A stretch of 64,000 bases of DNA from Pseudomonadota bacterium. GTDB taxonomy: Bacteria > Pseudomonadota > Alphaproteobacteria > MPNO01 > UBA830. The stretch covers positions 2,099 to 66,098 of the forward strand of contig JAYYZV010000005.1 in the NCBI GenBank assembly GCA_036339975.1, written 5' to 3'. Of this stretch, positions 39,135 through 48,363 are shown one piece after another. Within the stretch, counting starts at the first letter, position 1. Each line of letters begins with the position of its first letter. The position numbers were made by a program, and so were the translations under genes. Under the pieces are notes generated by a model. The model saw only the letters and a list, made by a program, of their open reading frames with translations. It was not told the origin of the DNA and searched no databases.

Positions 39135-39578
39135 CTAATTCCGAGAACCTTCGAAGCCGCTCCAAGCCATATCGATAGCCTGTTCTATGGCGATACCCTG
39201 TCTAAGCTCCTCGTAAAGCGGATCTCCGAGCAGTCGCCAAAGATCGCGGGTCAGGCGAGCCAGTGCGTCGAATGCATATCGGGTGTCGAGATGCCCGGGG
39301 TCGAATCCGTATTCATCTGCCCATTCTGTAACATCGTCGAATTCCTCGTACTCGGCTGCAACTGCACCGAGATAGCGGAGTGTGTCCTCAATTGCTGGCG
39401 GCCCCTCACCAATCGGACATGTGAAATGAAATTCCATTTCGTGGGTACGTCCTCGCAACGTGCATTTGTAATGATCGCAGGCGTCTGGAACCTCGGTGCG
39501 GTGAAGATCTGGGTTGTCGTCCGCCGACCCGGAGTTCAACGATAATTGCGCCCGCGCGACGTAGTTCTCAACATCCAT
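39135..39578 (-). CDS. hypothetical acidic cytoplasmic protein
   Basis: C-terminal 147 codons (MDVENYV...) of tracked ORF 39135-39755. The upstream 59 codons look non-coding (Ser/Cys/Leu-rich). No recognisable family. Confidence 0.45.
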   Translation of the reverse strand: MDVENYVARAQLSLNSGSADDNPDLHRTEVPDACDHYKCTLRGRTHEMEFHFTCPIGEGPPAIEDTLRYLGAVAAEYEEFDDVTEWADEYGFDPGHLDTRYAFDALARLTRDLWRLLGDPLYEELRQGIAIEQAIDMAWSGFEGSRN

Positions 39579-39827
39579 TTCGATGGAACCTTTCTCGCTA
39601 TTACGTCTTGAAGGTCTGCCACTGATAGCGCGCCACGTGAGCAGAAATAAAGACGGGTGTGAGGCTGGTCCAGAAATCGTCCCCCGCGAATCCCAGAGTA
39701 GGCAACACGATATCGATAATAGGGTGTTTGGGGTAAATATGGAAAACTCCGACAAACCAGAAGTTCGCAGTAGCCATGGGGTGAATATCTACACGGTTTC
39801 CGCTTCCTTACAATTACATCTGGAGAG

Positions 39828-40787
39828 TTGTCACCTCATCTCATTTTATCCACGGCCACGATTGTTATAAAAGAACACAAGACTGTCATCAACGTTCCCG
39901 ACCCCATCGCCGTTTATGACGCAAATATGACAGACGGTGCCATTATCATTTTGCGGCAATACGGAAACCTTAACGGGCCACGCGTGGTACTCAGCCATGG
40001 AAATGGGTGTGCGATAAACGGATATTACCCCTACTGGGAACACTTGTTGCCGGGTTTTGAAGTAGTAATTTTCGATTTTCGGAACTGCGGTATGAACCCA
40101 GTGCACGATGGCGCACATGACTACAAGCGTTTTCTCTCGGACATGACGGGTGTTTACGATGCAATTGATATTGCGTTCGGCAAGAAACCTCAGATTGGCG
40201 CGTTCCATTCGATGTCAGCACGGGCAAATCTAAAGTATGCGATGGATGTTGACATTCGCTTAGACGGGCTAATTTTGTTTGATCCACCCATGGTGCCGCC
40301 CAGTGATCATCCACTTCACGACATAATGCTAAGCGAGGAACGCGTATTGTGGAGATGGAGCGCAGGGCGTCCCAATTCATTCGACGATCCGTCTGAACTG
40401 GCCGCGGCGTATGCTGGGTCGCGAATGTTATCCGCATGGGTCGACGGAGCCTATAATCTAATGGCCAGGGCTGTACTTCGGCAGAAAATGGGCTCCAAGA
40501 AATGGAAGTTAGTCTGTAGTCCCGCTCGCGAGTCTGAAGTCTATCGCCAGAATGCGGCAATGAATATCTGGCCGAAACCATCGGAAATTCCAATGCCGGT
40601 TTTATTGATCGCGAGCGACCCAGACAGCGGTATTCCGTCGGCGCCGGGGTTTGCCTGCCGAGCGCTGCGTGATGAACGTGGTTGGGCGTATGAATGTGTG
40701 TCCGGTACAGGTCACTTTTTGCAGATACAGAAACCAGAATGTTGCGCGCGTCTTACCCAAAGGTTTGCTGCGAAGATATTTGTCTAA
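39828..40787 (+). CDS. alpha/beta-fold hydrolase
   Basis: 319 aa. VVLSHGNG oxyanion region, nucleophile-elbow-like AFHSMSA, C-terminal GTGHF. TTG start; the start is uncertain. Confidence 0.6.
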   Translation: MSPHLILSTATIVIKEHKTVINVPDPIAVYDANMTDGAIIILRQYGNLNGPRVVLSHGNGCAINGYYPYWEHLLPGFEVVIFDFRNCGMNPVHDGAHDYKRFLSDMTGVYDAIDIAFGKKPQIGAFHSMSARANLKYAMDVDIRLDGLILFDPPMVPPSDHPLHDIMLSEERVLWRWSAGRPNSFDDPSELAAAYAGSRMLSAWVDGAYNLMARAVLRQKMGSKKWKLVCSPARESEVYRQNAAMNIWPKPSEIPMPVLLIASDPDSGIPSAPGFACRALRDERGWAYECVSGTGHFLQIQKPECCARLTQRFAAKIFV

Positions 40788-40793
40788 CTGGGT

Positions 40794-41561
40794 TCAAACC
40801 TCAATCGGCGTACCCCCAAGCTGCGTGAGATAAGTCTTCAGTTCTTCTGTCGGCATGATGCCTGAAAACATCTCATTTCTCATGTGAAGGCGTTGCATCG
40901 AGACCTCTAACAGTGCTTTTTTTGATGCTTCGAAATCTGCATTGGTGTTGATTTTTCCTTTGAGATCAGCTGCTGCGTGGTCCACATGTCCGTCCTCGTC
41001 GTCGGCGATAACCTTGAACGCCGCTGCAAGCTTGGTCTCAAAAACGCCGCCCGTCAGCTTTGCTCCTTCGCGGAATGTGGCCGTCCCGCCGCCTTCGGTC
41101 AGCTCCATCGTAGCGCGTACCGCGGGATTCTCCGAATTCACGTAAACGTGGCGCAGTTTATTTAATTTATCGTCTTCAGGTAATTGGCCGACATCTCCGT
41201 GCCGTAGGGGACGACCAAGAAGACCTTCAAGTACTTCCGCCAACACGGTGTAGTGCATGAATTCCTCGGTCATCTGTTCCAGCCGGTGATGAAAACCGCG
41301 CCGATCCATACCGTCGTCGACCGAGTTGAATTGGTTTACCAGAGAGGTAAATTCCATATGAAGACCACACGCAAATCCATCGGTTGAACCGTAACCGATA
41401 ACCGGATTTAGTTCCTTGTAGACAGCTGCCTTAAGATAGTGGAGCCAGATGTCTTTCGATGGATTTGAAGCGAAGAACCTTCGCGTCAGCTCTGCTTCTG
41501 TTTCCCAGTAAGGCGTGGCTAAGTCGACTAGCTGCTGTGTATAAGGAGGATTGTCACTCAT
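40794..41561 (-). CDS. uncharacterised ferritin-like di-iron-carboxylate protein (putative oxidase/oxygenase)
   Basis: 255 aa. Ligand-like pattern E70, E100-FM-H103, E153/E156, E189-DG-H192 (E-x~30-ExxH twice). ATGA overlap with the upstream TauD gene, with GGAGG 9 nt upstream of the ATG. Confidence 0.5.
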   Translation of the reverse strand: MSDNPPYTQQLVDLATPYWETEAELTRRFFASNPSKDIWLHYLKAAVYKELNPVIGYGSTDGFACGLHMEFTSLVNQFNSVDDGMDRRGFHHRLEQMTEEFMHYTVLAEVLEGLLGRPLRHGDVGQLPEDDKLNKLRHVYVNSENPAVRATMELTEGGGTATFREGAKLTGGVFETKLAAAFKVIADDEDGHVDHAAADLKGKINTNADFEASKKALLEVSMQRLHMRNEMFSGIMPTEELKTYLTQLGGTPIEV

Positions 41562-42445
41562 ATTATGGGACCTCCTATACCTGACAGAGGCGCATCACCC
41601 GCCACAGTGGTGCGGTGGAGAAGGCGGCGCGAATTTACGAGGTCATAGGGCATAGCCTGGTGCATTACGCAGATATTATCGAACATCACCATGTCGCCAT
41701 CCTCCCATTCGTGACGATAAATAAACTGCGGCTGGGTGCAGAATTCTTCCAGTTCATCAATCAACCTGCGTGCACCCTTGTATGACATGCCTTCAATCCC
41801 TGCTGCATGCGACCCGATAAATAGTGCGCGACGTCCATTTGGACGTTCAGCGACTAACGGCTGCCGTGCGGGGGGGGTTTCTGCCTGCACCTCGGGTGGC
41901 CGCGGAGGTAAGCTGTGACGCCGTCGCGTTTCTTCAAAATCGTGGATTATTACCAAGGTCTCAAGGGCGCGTTTTCGCTCTTCGGATAGGGCATCGTATG
42001 CGAGAGTCGTATCCGCAAACATCGTGTCACCCCCTTCCTCGGGCATTTCTATCGCATAGAGAATTGAGGCTTTGGACGGCAGGATGCGAAATGACGAATC
42101 AATATGCCAAGACGACGTCCCTAGCGTAAAAGACTGGTGTCCGGGATCATCCACCGGTTTGATCGTATTTGTAGCGCGGTCGATGTTGGTAACTCGAAGA
42201 ACCGTCTTGTAACCTTCCGCCTGATCCTTGCGGTCGGGAAAGTTCTCCAGCGTACCGAACTTTTCACTAAACGCGACCTGCTGGGCGACAGTCCAGTATA
42301 GTTTGCGGAAGATCAGAAGCCGATGTGTGTTGAACGCATCGTGCACCGTCCTTACCACTTTCTCCGAAAGGGACCGTAAAGGTTCCATCCCATCAACCTC
42401 TGCCCCAATCCCACTGCTGCGCGGTGTAATGGTGATACTCGACAT
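41558..42445 (-). CDS. TauD/TfdA-family Fe(II)/2-oxoglutarate dioxygenase
   Basis: ATG 42445 (GAGG upstream) within ORF 41558-42478. WHIDSS (HxD), GGDTMFAD, FDNICVMHQA. Confidence 0.8.
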   Translation of the reverse strand: MSSITITPRSSGIGAEVDGMEPLRSLSEKVVRTVHDAFNTHRLLIFRKLYWTVAQQVAFSEKFGTLENFPDRKDQAEGYKTVLRVTNIDRATNTIKPVDDPGHQSFTLGTSSWHIDSSFRILPSKASILYAIEMPEEGGDTMFADTTLAYDALSEERKRALETLVIIHDFEETRRRHSLPPRPPEVQAETPPARQPLVAERPNGRRALFIGSHAAGIEGMSYKGARRLIDELEEFCTQPQFIYRHEWEDGDMVMFDNICVMHQAMPYDLVNSRRLLHRTTVAGDAPLSGIGGPII

Positions 42446-42575
42446 TTTTCTTACCTCGCTCCGTCGAAGATTAACCACCCCTTTGCGTATCTACAATGCG
42501 CATGGCGTTGTCTTGGCGTTCTGCCTGTGACAGTTTCAGGAACACAATTTTAGCCCGTGCAGAAGGACACCTTCC

Positions 42576-43463
42576 GTGGAAAAGATCAACATCCAGTTCA
42601 CCCTCTTCTCGGCATTTTATTCGCCACTTATTTCGACCTTTTCCGCAGGGTTTCTGCAGGAAGAGGGCCTTGATCCTGACTGGTCAGTGTCTCCACCCGG
42701 TGTCTCGGCAATCGCGGCGCTGGAAGATGGATCGGCCCATGTCGTCCAGTCGGCGCTGAGCCAAGGGTTCACCCCCTTGGATAATGGCCAGACCCCAAGC
42801 GTGGTTCATTTTGCACAGATTAACGAGATGGATGGATTTTTTATCACCGGGCGCGATGCAGATCCGAATTTCACATGGGACAAATTAGAGGGAGCAGAGG
42901 TAGTGACATTCGCCGGTGGTCAGCCGCTCGCTATGTTCAAATACGCCTGCCACAAGGCGGGTGTCGATTACGACGCCATCAACCTCATCCATCCCGGTGG
43001 GGCAGCCGATATAGACAAGGCTTTTCGTGAGGGCACAGGTCAGTACGTGCAGCAGCAGGGGCCGTTTCCGCAACAGCTGGAAGCCGACGGCATCGGATAT
43101 GTCGTTTCGCAATCCGGTCCCCTGATTGGTCCGTGCGGATTCTCAAGTCTGGCGGCTACGCGGCAATGGTTGGAAACGGACACGGCAAAGGCTTTTATGC
43201 GTGCTTACACAAAAACGCGGAGATATATGAATGATACGCCCGCCGCGGATATCGCGAAGGCCGAGAAGCCGTATTTTCCCGATATCGACGAGGCAGTCTT
43301 GGCGAAATGTATCGCTTCCTATCAGGACCTCGGAACCTGGGCGCCGCATGTGGAGATCACTAAGCCCGCGTTCGAGGTCATCCTCAATGTGTTTGAACAT
43401 TTTGGCACATTGAAGGAACGCTACACCTGGGATCAGGTATGTGTGCTTCCCCCGACAGGGTGA
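42576..43463 (+). CDS. SsuA/NMT1/THI5-like periplasmic-binding-fold protein lacking a signal peptide
   Basis: 295 aa. It starts directly with the mature-domain-like strand KINIQFTLFSAFYSPL. FLQEEGLD, EDGSAHVVQSA and LEGAEVVTFAGGQP fit the type-2 PBP pattern. No N-terminal hydrophobic leader. Confidence 0.6.
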   Translation: MEKINIQFTLFSAFYSPLISTFSAGFLQEEGLDPDWSVSPPGVSAIAALEDGSAHVVQSALSQGFTPLDNGQTPSVVHFAQINEMDGFFITGRDADPNFTWDKLEGAEVVTFAGGQPLAMFKYACHKAGVDYDAINLIHPGGAADIDKAFREGTGQYVQQQGPFPQQLEADGIGYVVSQSGPLIGPCGFSSLAATRQWLETDTAKAFMRAYTKTRRYMNDTPAADIAKAEKPYFPDIDEAVLAKCIASYQDLGTWAPHVEITKPAFEVILNVFEHFGTLKERYTWDQVCVLPPTG

Positions 43464-43534
43464 TAGAGCGTAAAGACCATAAGCTCTGCCGTTGACGCCA
43501 ATTTAGTGCCTTAGGTTTGAAGGCCAAAACGGCA

Positions 43535-44512
43535 TTAACTATCAAGTCGTAGAACGATTTTACCAAAGTGTTTGTTGGACTTCATGTAGTCGACGGCTTC
43601 CTCCGCATCATTCAAGGCGTATTCACTATCGATCGGTATTGACAGGTCGCCGGCTTCGACGGAAGCCCACAAATCCTCCCGCATCGCTCGTACGATTTCC
43701 CGGACCTCCTCGACCGTGCGTGTCCGAAATGTCACGCCGATGTAATCGATGCGCCGCATCGCATGTAGGTCAAAATTGAAATCACCTTTGAACCCGCCGA
43801 GCCGACCGACATTCACGATCCGGCCAAGGATTTTCGTCGCAGATAGGTTGGCGTTCGCGGCATAGCCAGAAATCTGATCGACGATCAGGTCGACACCCTC
43901 TCCATCGGTTGCCTCCAGAACTTGTTTGACCCAGCCTTCGTCTCTAGAGTCGACCATCAGGTTGGCGCCGAATTCGCTGAGGCGGGCTCGACGATCGGGG
44001 TTGGTGGAAGAGCCAATTACAAGCTTGGCACCCAGGGCTTTCGCGATCTGCATTCCCATCAATCCAACACCTGTACTGGCGCCCTGTATCATTATTGTTT
44101 CACCCCGCCTGAATCGGCCAGCTGTCACCGCCGCGTTATGCATCGTCTGGAGTGCGACTGGCAGGGTCGAGGCCTGTGCAAAAGTCATATTGTTAGCCGG
44201 AATCGGAATGACCCGACCCCAGTCGGCGACCGCATACTCGGCCCAGCCCGAAGTGCCAGAGCACATTACTCGGTCGCCAAGATTTATGTTCGGCACGTCG
44301 TTTCCAATGGCAACGACTTCTCCAACGTACTCTATTCCCGGCACAGTGCCCGGCCCCCCGGCGCGACCGTGTGCCATGCCGCTGGCAACCATGGCGTCGG
44401 CGCGGTTCATCCCGCAGGCGCGAACTCTGATTAGAACCTCGTTCTTTTTTGGCTCAGGTTCCGGAACGTCAACAATCTTAAGGCCATCTGTACCAACAAC
44501 AGCTGCTTTCAT
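43535..44512 (-). CDS. zinc-type/medium-chain dehydrogenase-reductase (quinone-oxidoreductase-like)
   Basis: ATG 44512 (GGAGAG upstream) in ORF 43535-44527. MKAAVV, VRACGMNRAD, IQGASTGVGLMGMQIAKALGA. Confidence 0.8.
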   Translation of the reverse strand: MKAAVVGTDGLKIVDVPEPEPKKNEVLIRVRACGMNRADAMVASGMAHGRAGGPGTVPGIEYVGEVVAIGNDVPNINLGDRVMCSGTSGWAEYAVADWGRVIPIPANNMTFAQASTLPVALQTMHNAAVTAGRFRRGETIMIQGASTGVGLMGMQIAKALGAKLVIGSSTNPDRRARLSEFGANLMVDSRDEGWVKQVLEATDGEGVDLIVDQISGYAANANLSATKILGRIVNVGRLGGFKGDFNFDLHAMRRIDYIGVTFRTRTVEEVREIVRAMREDLWASVEAGDLSIPIDSEYALNDAEEAVDYMKSNKHFGKIVLRLDS

Positions 44513-44618
44513 AGATGTTCTCTCCACGCTTTCTAAATTTGTATCAAGTTTACCGATGGCGGGAGCTCTTGCCCAATTTTTGCGGCGGTATCATCATGCG
44601 GCAAACAAGGGAAAATAG

Positions 44619-46241
44619 ATGAACGATCCCAAATCGCGCGGTTACAAAGACATGCAAGATCATATGTGGGCGCTTGATGCCGCTGGTCTGCTGACGACGA
44701 TTGATGCACCGATCAATAAAGACACCGAACTTAGTCCCTTGGTTCGGTGGCAGTTTAGAGGTGGAATTCCAGAAGTTGAGCGAAAAGCGTTTCTTTTTAA
44801 GAATGTGATGGGAGCGGAAGGAAACCGATTCGATATCCCGGTCCTGACGGGCGCTCTGGCTGGAAACGCCGAGATCTATGCCATCGGTATGGGGGTTTCG
44901 GTAGACGATATCGGCGATTGCTGGGCCAATGCGATCGCAAACCCCATTGATCCGGTCGAATTTGCATCACCGCCGTGCCAAGAAGTTGTATTTGAAGGCG
45001 CCGGCCTAGTCTCGGGTAATGGTTTGGATGCGTTGCCCGTACCGGTATCCACACCCGGTTATGATTCCGCACCGTATCTTACCGCAACCGTCTGCGTCAC
45101 CAGTGATCCTGACAACGGTATTCAGAACCTCGGTACTTATCGCGGCGGGTTGAAGGCACCCGACCGGATCGGACTAAAAATGTTCATGAATCTGGGGCAA
45201 GGCGCCGCTGCGCACTGGGAAAAATATCGAGCCCGGGGTGAGGCTATGCCGATGGCAATAGTAGTCGGCTGCCCGCCGCCCATCGCGTATTGCGGTCCTC
45301 AGAAATTACCAGAGAATATTGACGAGATCGGCATAGCCGGCGGCATCGCCGGCGTGCCGATGCGCATAGCAAAGGCGCGCACCAGCGACCTGATGGTGCC
45401 TGCGGATGCCGAGATCGTAATTGAGGGACTGCTCGATCCAAATCATTTTGAGCCAGAGGGACCGTTTGGGGAAAGCCATGGTTATATAAATCTTGAGGAG
45501 TTTAATTTTATCTTGCAGGTGACCGCCATCACCCGGAAAAGAAATGCTGTTTTCACCTCTATCATCAGTCAGGTTACACCGTCTGAGTCTTCTGTGATCA
45601 AACGGGTTGCTTACGAACCCTTGTTCCTCAATCACCTGCGCGAACACCTCGGCATAAAAGCCGTAGTGCGCGTGTGTATGCATGAAGCCCTGACAAATTT
45701 ACGTAAAGTCGTTGTCGTTCAGTTCGCGCGCGGTACGGTCCGTACCGAAATTTGGCGCGCGCTATATGGTGCCATGTCGTTTCAGGCGGCGGTCGGAAAA
45801 TATATAATTGCTGTTGACGAGGATATCGATCCGCGAAATCTCGATGCCGTATTTTGGGCGATGAGCTACCGGGCCAACCTTGCGGATGACTGCGAGGTTA
45901 TCCATCATAGGCCACGGGGGCATGGACCAAAAACAGGCGCGACTGAGGATGCGACGCTTGCTATAGACGCCACGCTGAAAGCGGATATGGCACCTGTGGC
46001 GCTTCCCAAGCGCGAATACATGGAAAATGCACGAGAAATCTGGGATCGGCTTGGCCTGCCGCCGTTAAAGCCAGAAGCGCCCTGGCACGGCTATGAGTTG
46101 GGTGACTGGTCCGCGGAATGGGATCGGCTAGCCGAACGCGCTGCGGCTGGGGACTGGATCGCCAATGGTGAACGCTCTAATCAAAAGCGCCGTGCCGGGG
46201 TTAAGCCCAACACCGACGTGCGCAAGGTTGATAAGGATTAA
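44619..46241 (+). CDS. UbiD-family (prFMN-dependent) decarboxylase, paralog 2
   Basis: 540 aa, collinear with 3183-4850. PINKDTELSPLVRWQFRGG, QNLGTYR, VVGCPP, EGPFGESHG. Confidence 0.85.
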   Translation: MNDPKSRGYKDMQDHMWALDAAGLLTTIDAPINKDTELSPLVRWQFRGGIPEVERKAFLFKNVMGAEGNRFDIPVLTGALAGNAEIYAIGMGVSVDDIGDCWANAIANPIDPVEFASPPCQEVVFEGAGLVSGNGLDALPVPVSTPGYDSAPYLTATVCVTSDPDNGIQNLGTYRGGLKAPDRIGLKMFMNLGQGAAAHWEKYRARGEAMPMAIVVGCPPPIAYCGPQKLPENIDEIGIAGGIAGVPMRIAKARTSDLMVPADAEIVIEGLLDPNHFEPEGPFGESHGYINLEEFNFILQVTAITRKRNAVFTSIISQVTPSESSVIKRVAYEPLFLNHLREHLGIKAVVRVCMHEALTNLRKVVVVQFARGTVRTEIWRALYGAMSFQAAVGKYIIAVDEDIDPRNLDAVFWAMSYRANLADDCEVIHHRPRGHGPKTGATEDATLAIDATLKADMAPVALPKREYMENAREIWDRLGLPPLKPEAPWHGYELGDWSAEWDRLAERAAAGDWIANGERSNQKRRAGVKPNTDVRKVDKD

Positions 46242-46339
46242 GGGGGCTTTGGTTCGTTCGCTATTCCCGCGAAGGAGAATGTCTCGTTCTATTCCGTTCG
46301 TTTACCGGAGGCCCTCGCCTGCGCGGGGATGATGGACGG

Positions 46340-47215
46340 TTGAAATTATCCTTTGCAAAGCCTCCCCCAATAGTTGCCGGCCCCGCTTGGATGGTCCTTG
46401 CCGGGACCGGGTATACGCTGGCATCCGTTTGTACCCGCGAATTGTCGTCGGATTATTCAACCGCACAGCTTGCGTTCATGCGGGCAGTGATAGCCATGGC
46501 ATTCATCATGCCCATGATCGCCCGAAACGGCATTCACGTGATGAAAACCACTGTTTTCCCGATCCATGCGATACGGGGGTGTCTTACCTACGGTGGGATG
46601 ATGTGCTGGTTTTATGCTGTCAGCGTGATCCCGATCTCCGATTACACAGCGCTACTGTATATCCAGCCGGTCTTCACTATCCTTCTCGCGGTGCTTATCC
46701 TTGGCGAAAACGCCGGACCGCGAACCTGGGGCGCGATCGCTGTAGCCTTTGCAGGCGCACTGATCATCTTGCGGCCGGGCTTTCAGGAAATAAACCTCGG
46801 TATGATGGCCGCGTTGGCGACCGGCATTTTGTTCGCCGGGGTCAATACTTGTATGAAAACACTTTCGAAAACAGACTCGGCCGCTGTGATGGTTGCCTAT
46901 GTCAGTATCCTAATGCTTATTTTTTCCTCAATCCCTGCTTGGCTCTATTGGACAGATCTCAGCTTGCAGGACATTCCCACCATTATAGGCGTGGGGGTAT
47001 TCGCGCTTCTTGGTCAGTATTCCATCACCCGAGCGATTGCGGTTGCGGAGGCGCGCGTCGTACAGCCTTTCGACTTTTCCAGACTAATTACGGCCGCCAT
47101 CATTGGTTGGATCGTGTTCGGTGAAAGTTCGGATCTATATACTTGGGCTGGAGCGCTGGTTATTTTTTGCGCGAGTTACTACGTAATCGTCTTCGAGCGG
47201 AGGGATCAGCACTAA
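46340..47215 (+). CDS. EamA/DMT-family transporter
   Basis: 291 aa, about 10 TM segments, TTG start. ALIILRPGF and PFDFSRL..GWIVFGE motifs. Confidence 0.8.
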   Translation: MKLSFAKPPPIVAGPAWMVLAGTGYTLASVCTRELSSDYSTAQLAFMRAVIAMAFIMPMIARNGIHVMKTTVFPIHAIRGCLTYGGMMCWFYAVSVIPISDYTALLYIQPVFTILLAVLILGENAGPRTWGAIAVAFAGALIILRPGFQEINLGMMAALATGILFAGVNTCMKTLSKTDSAAVMVAYVSILMLIFSSIPAWLYWTDLSLQDIPTIIGVGVFALLGQYSITRAIAVAEARVVQPFDFSRLITAAIIGWIVFGESSDLYTWAGALVIFCASYYVIVFERRDQH

Positions 47216-47417
47216 TCGCGCACCACATCACCACCATCGTTTCGGCAGACGGTAGCCGTAAAGAATCCGTGCTTGACGCCCGGCGGGTAACGTCCGCGGG
47301 CGGCGACGGAATTGTGCCTGCGATTGAAAATGTATTAGCTGTCTTTAGGCCGAAGACATGGGGTTTTGGCGGTTGTTCACTGTCTGAAGAGGCCGGTATG
47401 GAGGTCGTGGAAATGAT

Positions 47418-48122
47418 ATGATAACGCAATACACATGGCCTACGCCGAACGGGCATAAGGTATCGATCCTAATTGCGGAGCTTGGCCTTGAGAGCGAAAT
47501 TGTCGCTGTCGATATCAATATTGGTGAACAGTTTAATCCAGCGTTCCTCGAAATAAGTCCGAACAACCGGATTCCGGCGATTATCGATCACAAGCCTGTC
47601 GACCGGGGTGGCCCGGTATCCGTGTTCGAGACTGGCGCAATTCTGTTGTATCTTGCCGAAAAAGAGGGGCGATTACTTCCGCAACCGAGTGAAATCCGAG
47701 CGTATAAGTCGGTGATAGAGTGGCTGATGTGGCAGATGGGCGGACTTGGTCCGATGGCGGGCCAGGCACACCATTTTAGACAGGCGATGGGTGGCGTCGA
47801 CGTGCCGTATGGTGTAGAGCGTTATTCTAATGAAGTCCGCCGTCTGTATGATGTAATGAACAGACGTCTTTCGGAAACCGAGTGGCTGGCTGGCGACGAA
47901 TATTCAGTTGCCGATATTGCCTGCTGGCCTTGGGCTCGCCCGTCCCGGCGACAGGGAGTTGATAAGGCTGACTTTCCCCATGTGAAACGTTGGTTTGATG
48001 TTATGGCTGCTCGTCCTGGCGTACAAAAGGGAATGGAGCTTTTGAGCGACAGGCGTGGATCGAGAGAGTTGACCGATAGATCACGTGAACTTTTGTTCGG
48101 CATGGGCCAGTTGGAGCGATAA
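47418..48122 (+). CDS. glutathione S-transferase (YfcG/YghU Nu-class-like)
   Basis: 234 aa. TPNGHKVSILIAELGL, NPNNRIPAI-like block, VFETGAILLYLAEK. GGAGG upstream. Confidence 0.85.
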   Translation: MITQYTWPTPNGHKVSILIAELGLESEIVAVDINIGEQFNPAFLEISPNNRIPAIIDHKPVDRGGPVSVFETGAILLYLAEKEGRLLPQPSEIRAYKSVIEWLMWQMGGLGPMAGQAHHFRQAMGGVDVPYGVERYSNEVRRLYDVMNRRLSETEWLAGDEYSVADIACWPWARPSRRQGVDKADFPHVKRWFDVMAARPGVQKGMELLSDRRGSRELTDRSRELLFGMGQLER

Positions 48123-48363
48123 TTATGGTTGATAAATGGATCAACTGCCCCCACTGCGCCAAAATGGAATACAATTTCCCGACGGTTGCCTGCGCAGCGG
48201 CTGAGAAAATTGAATCCTCTCCCATCACTCCCCCAATTTTCTTAAGACCAATCAACACGTGGAGACTGTTTAGATAGCAGTTGGAACTTAAAAATGGCGG
48301 GTTACCGAGGGCGGACGCGGTGTTATTTCCTTTAGTTATTTCCGAATCCAGTTGAGGGGGCGT

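Noticed and set aside
39579-39755. N-terminal 59 codons of ORF 39135-39755
   Set aside because: The translation (MSEFSIFTPNTLLSISCCLLWDSRG...) looks non-coding and there is no Shine-Dalgarno sequence. An internal ATG at 39578 gives a compact acidic protein.
46387-47124. 245-aa alternative-frame ORF inside the EamA gene at 46340-47215
   Set aside because: It is a same-strand shadow ORF with Arg/Gly/His-rich low-complexity translation. The overlapping frame gives a clean 10-TM EamA protein.
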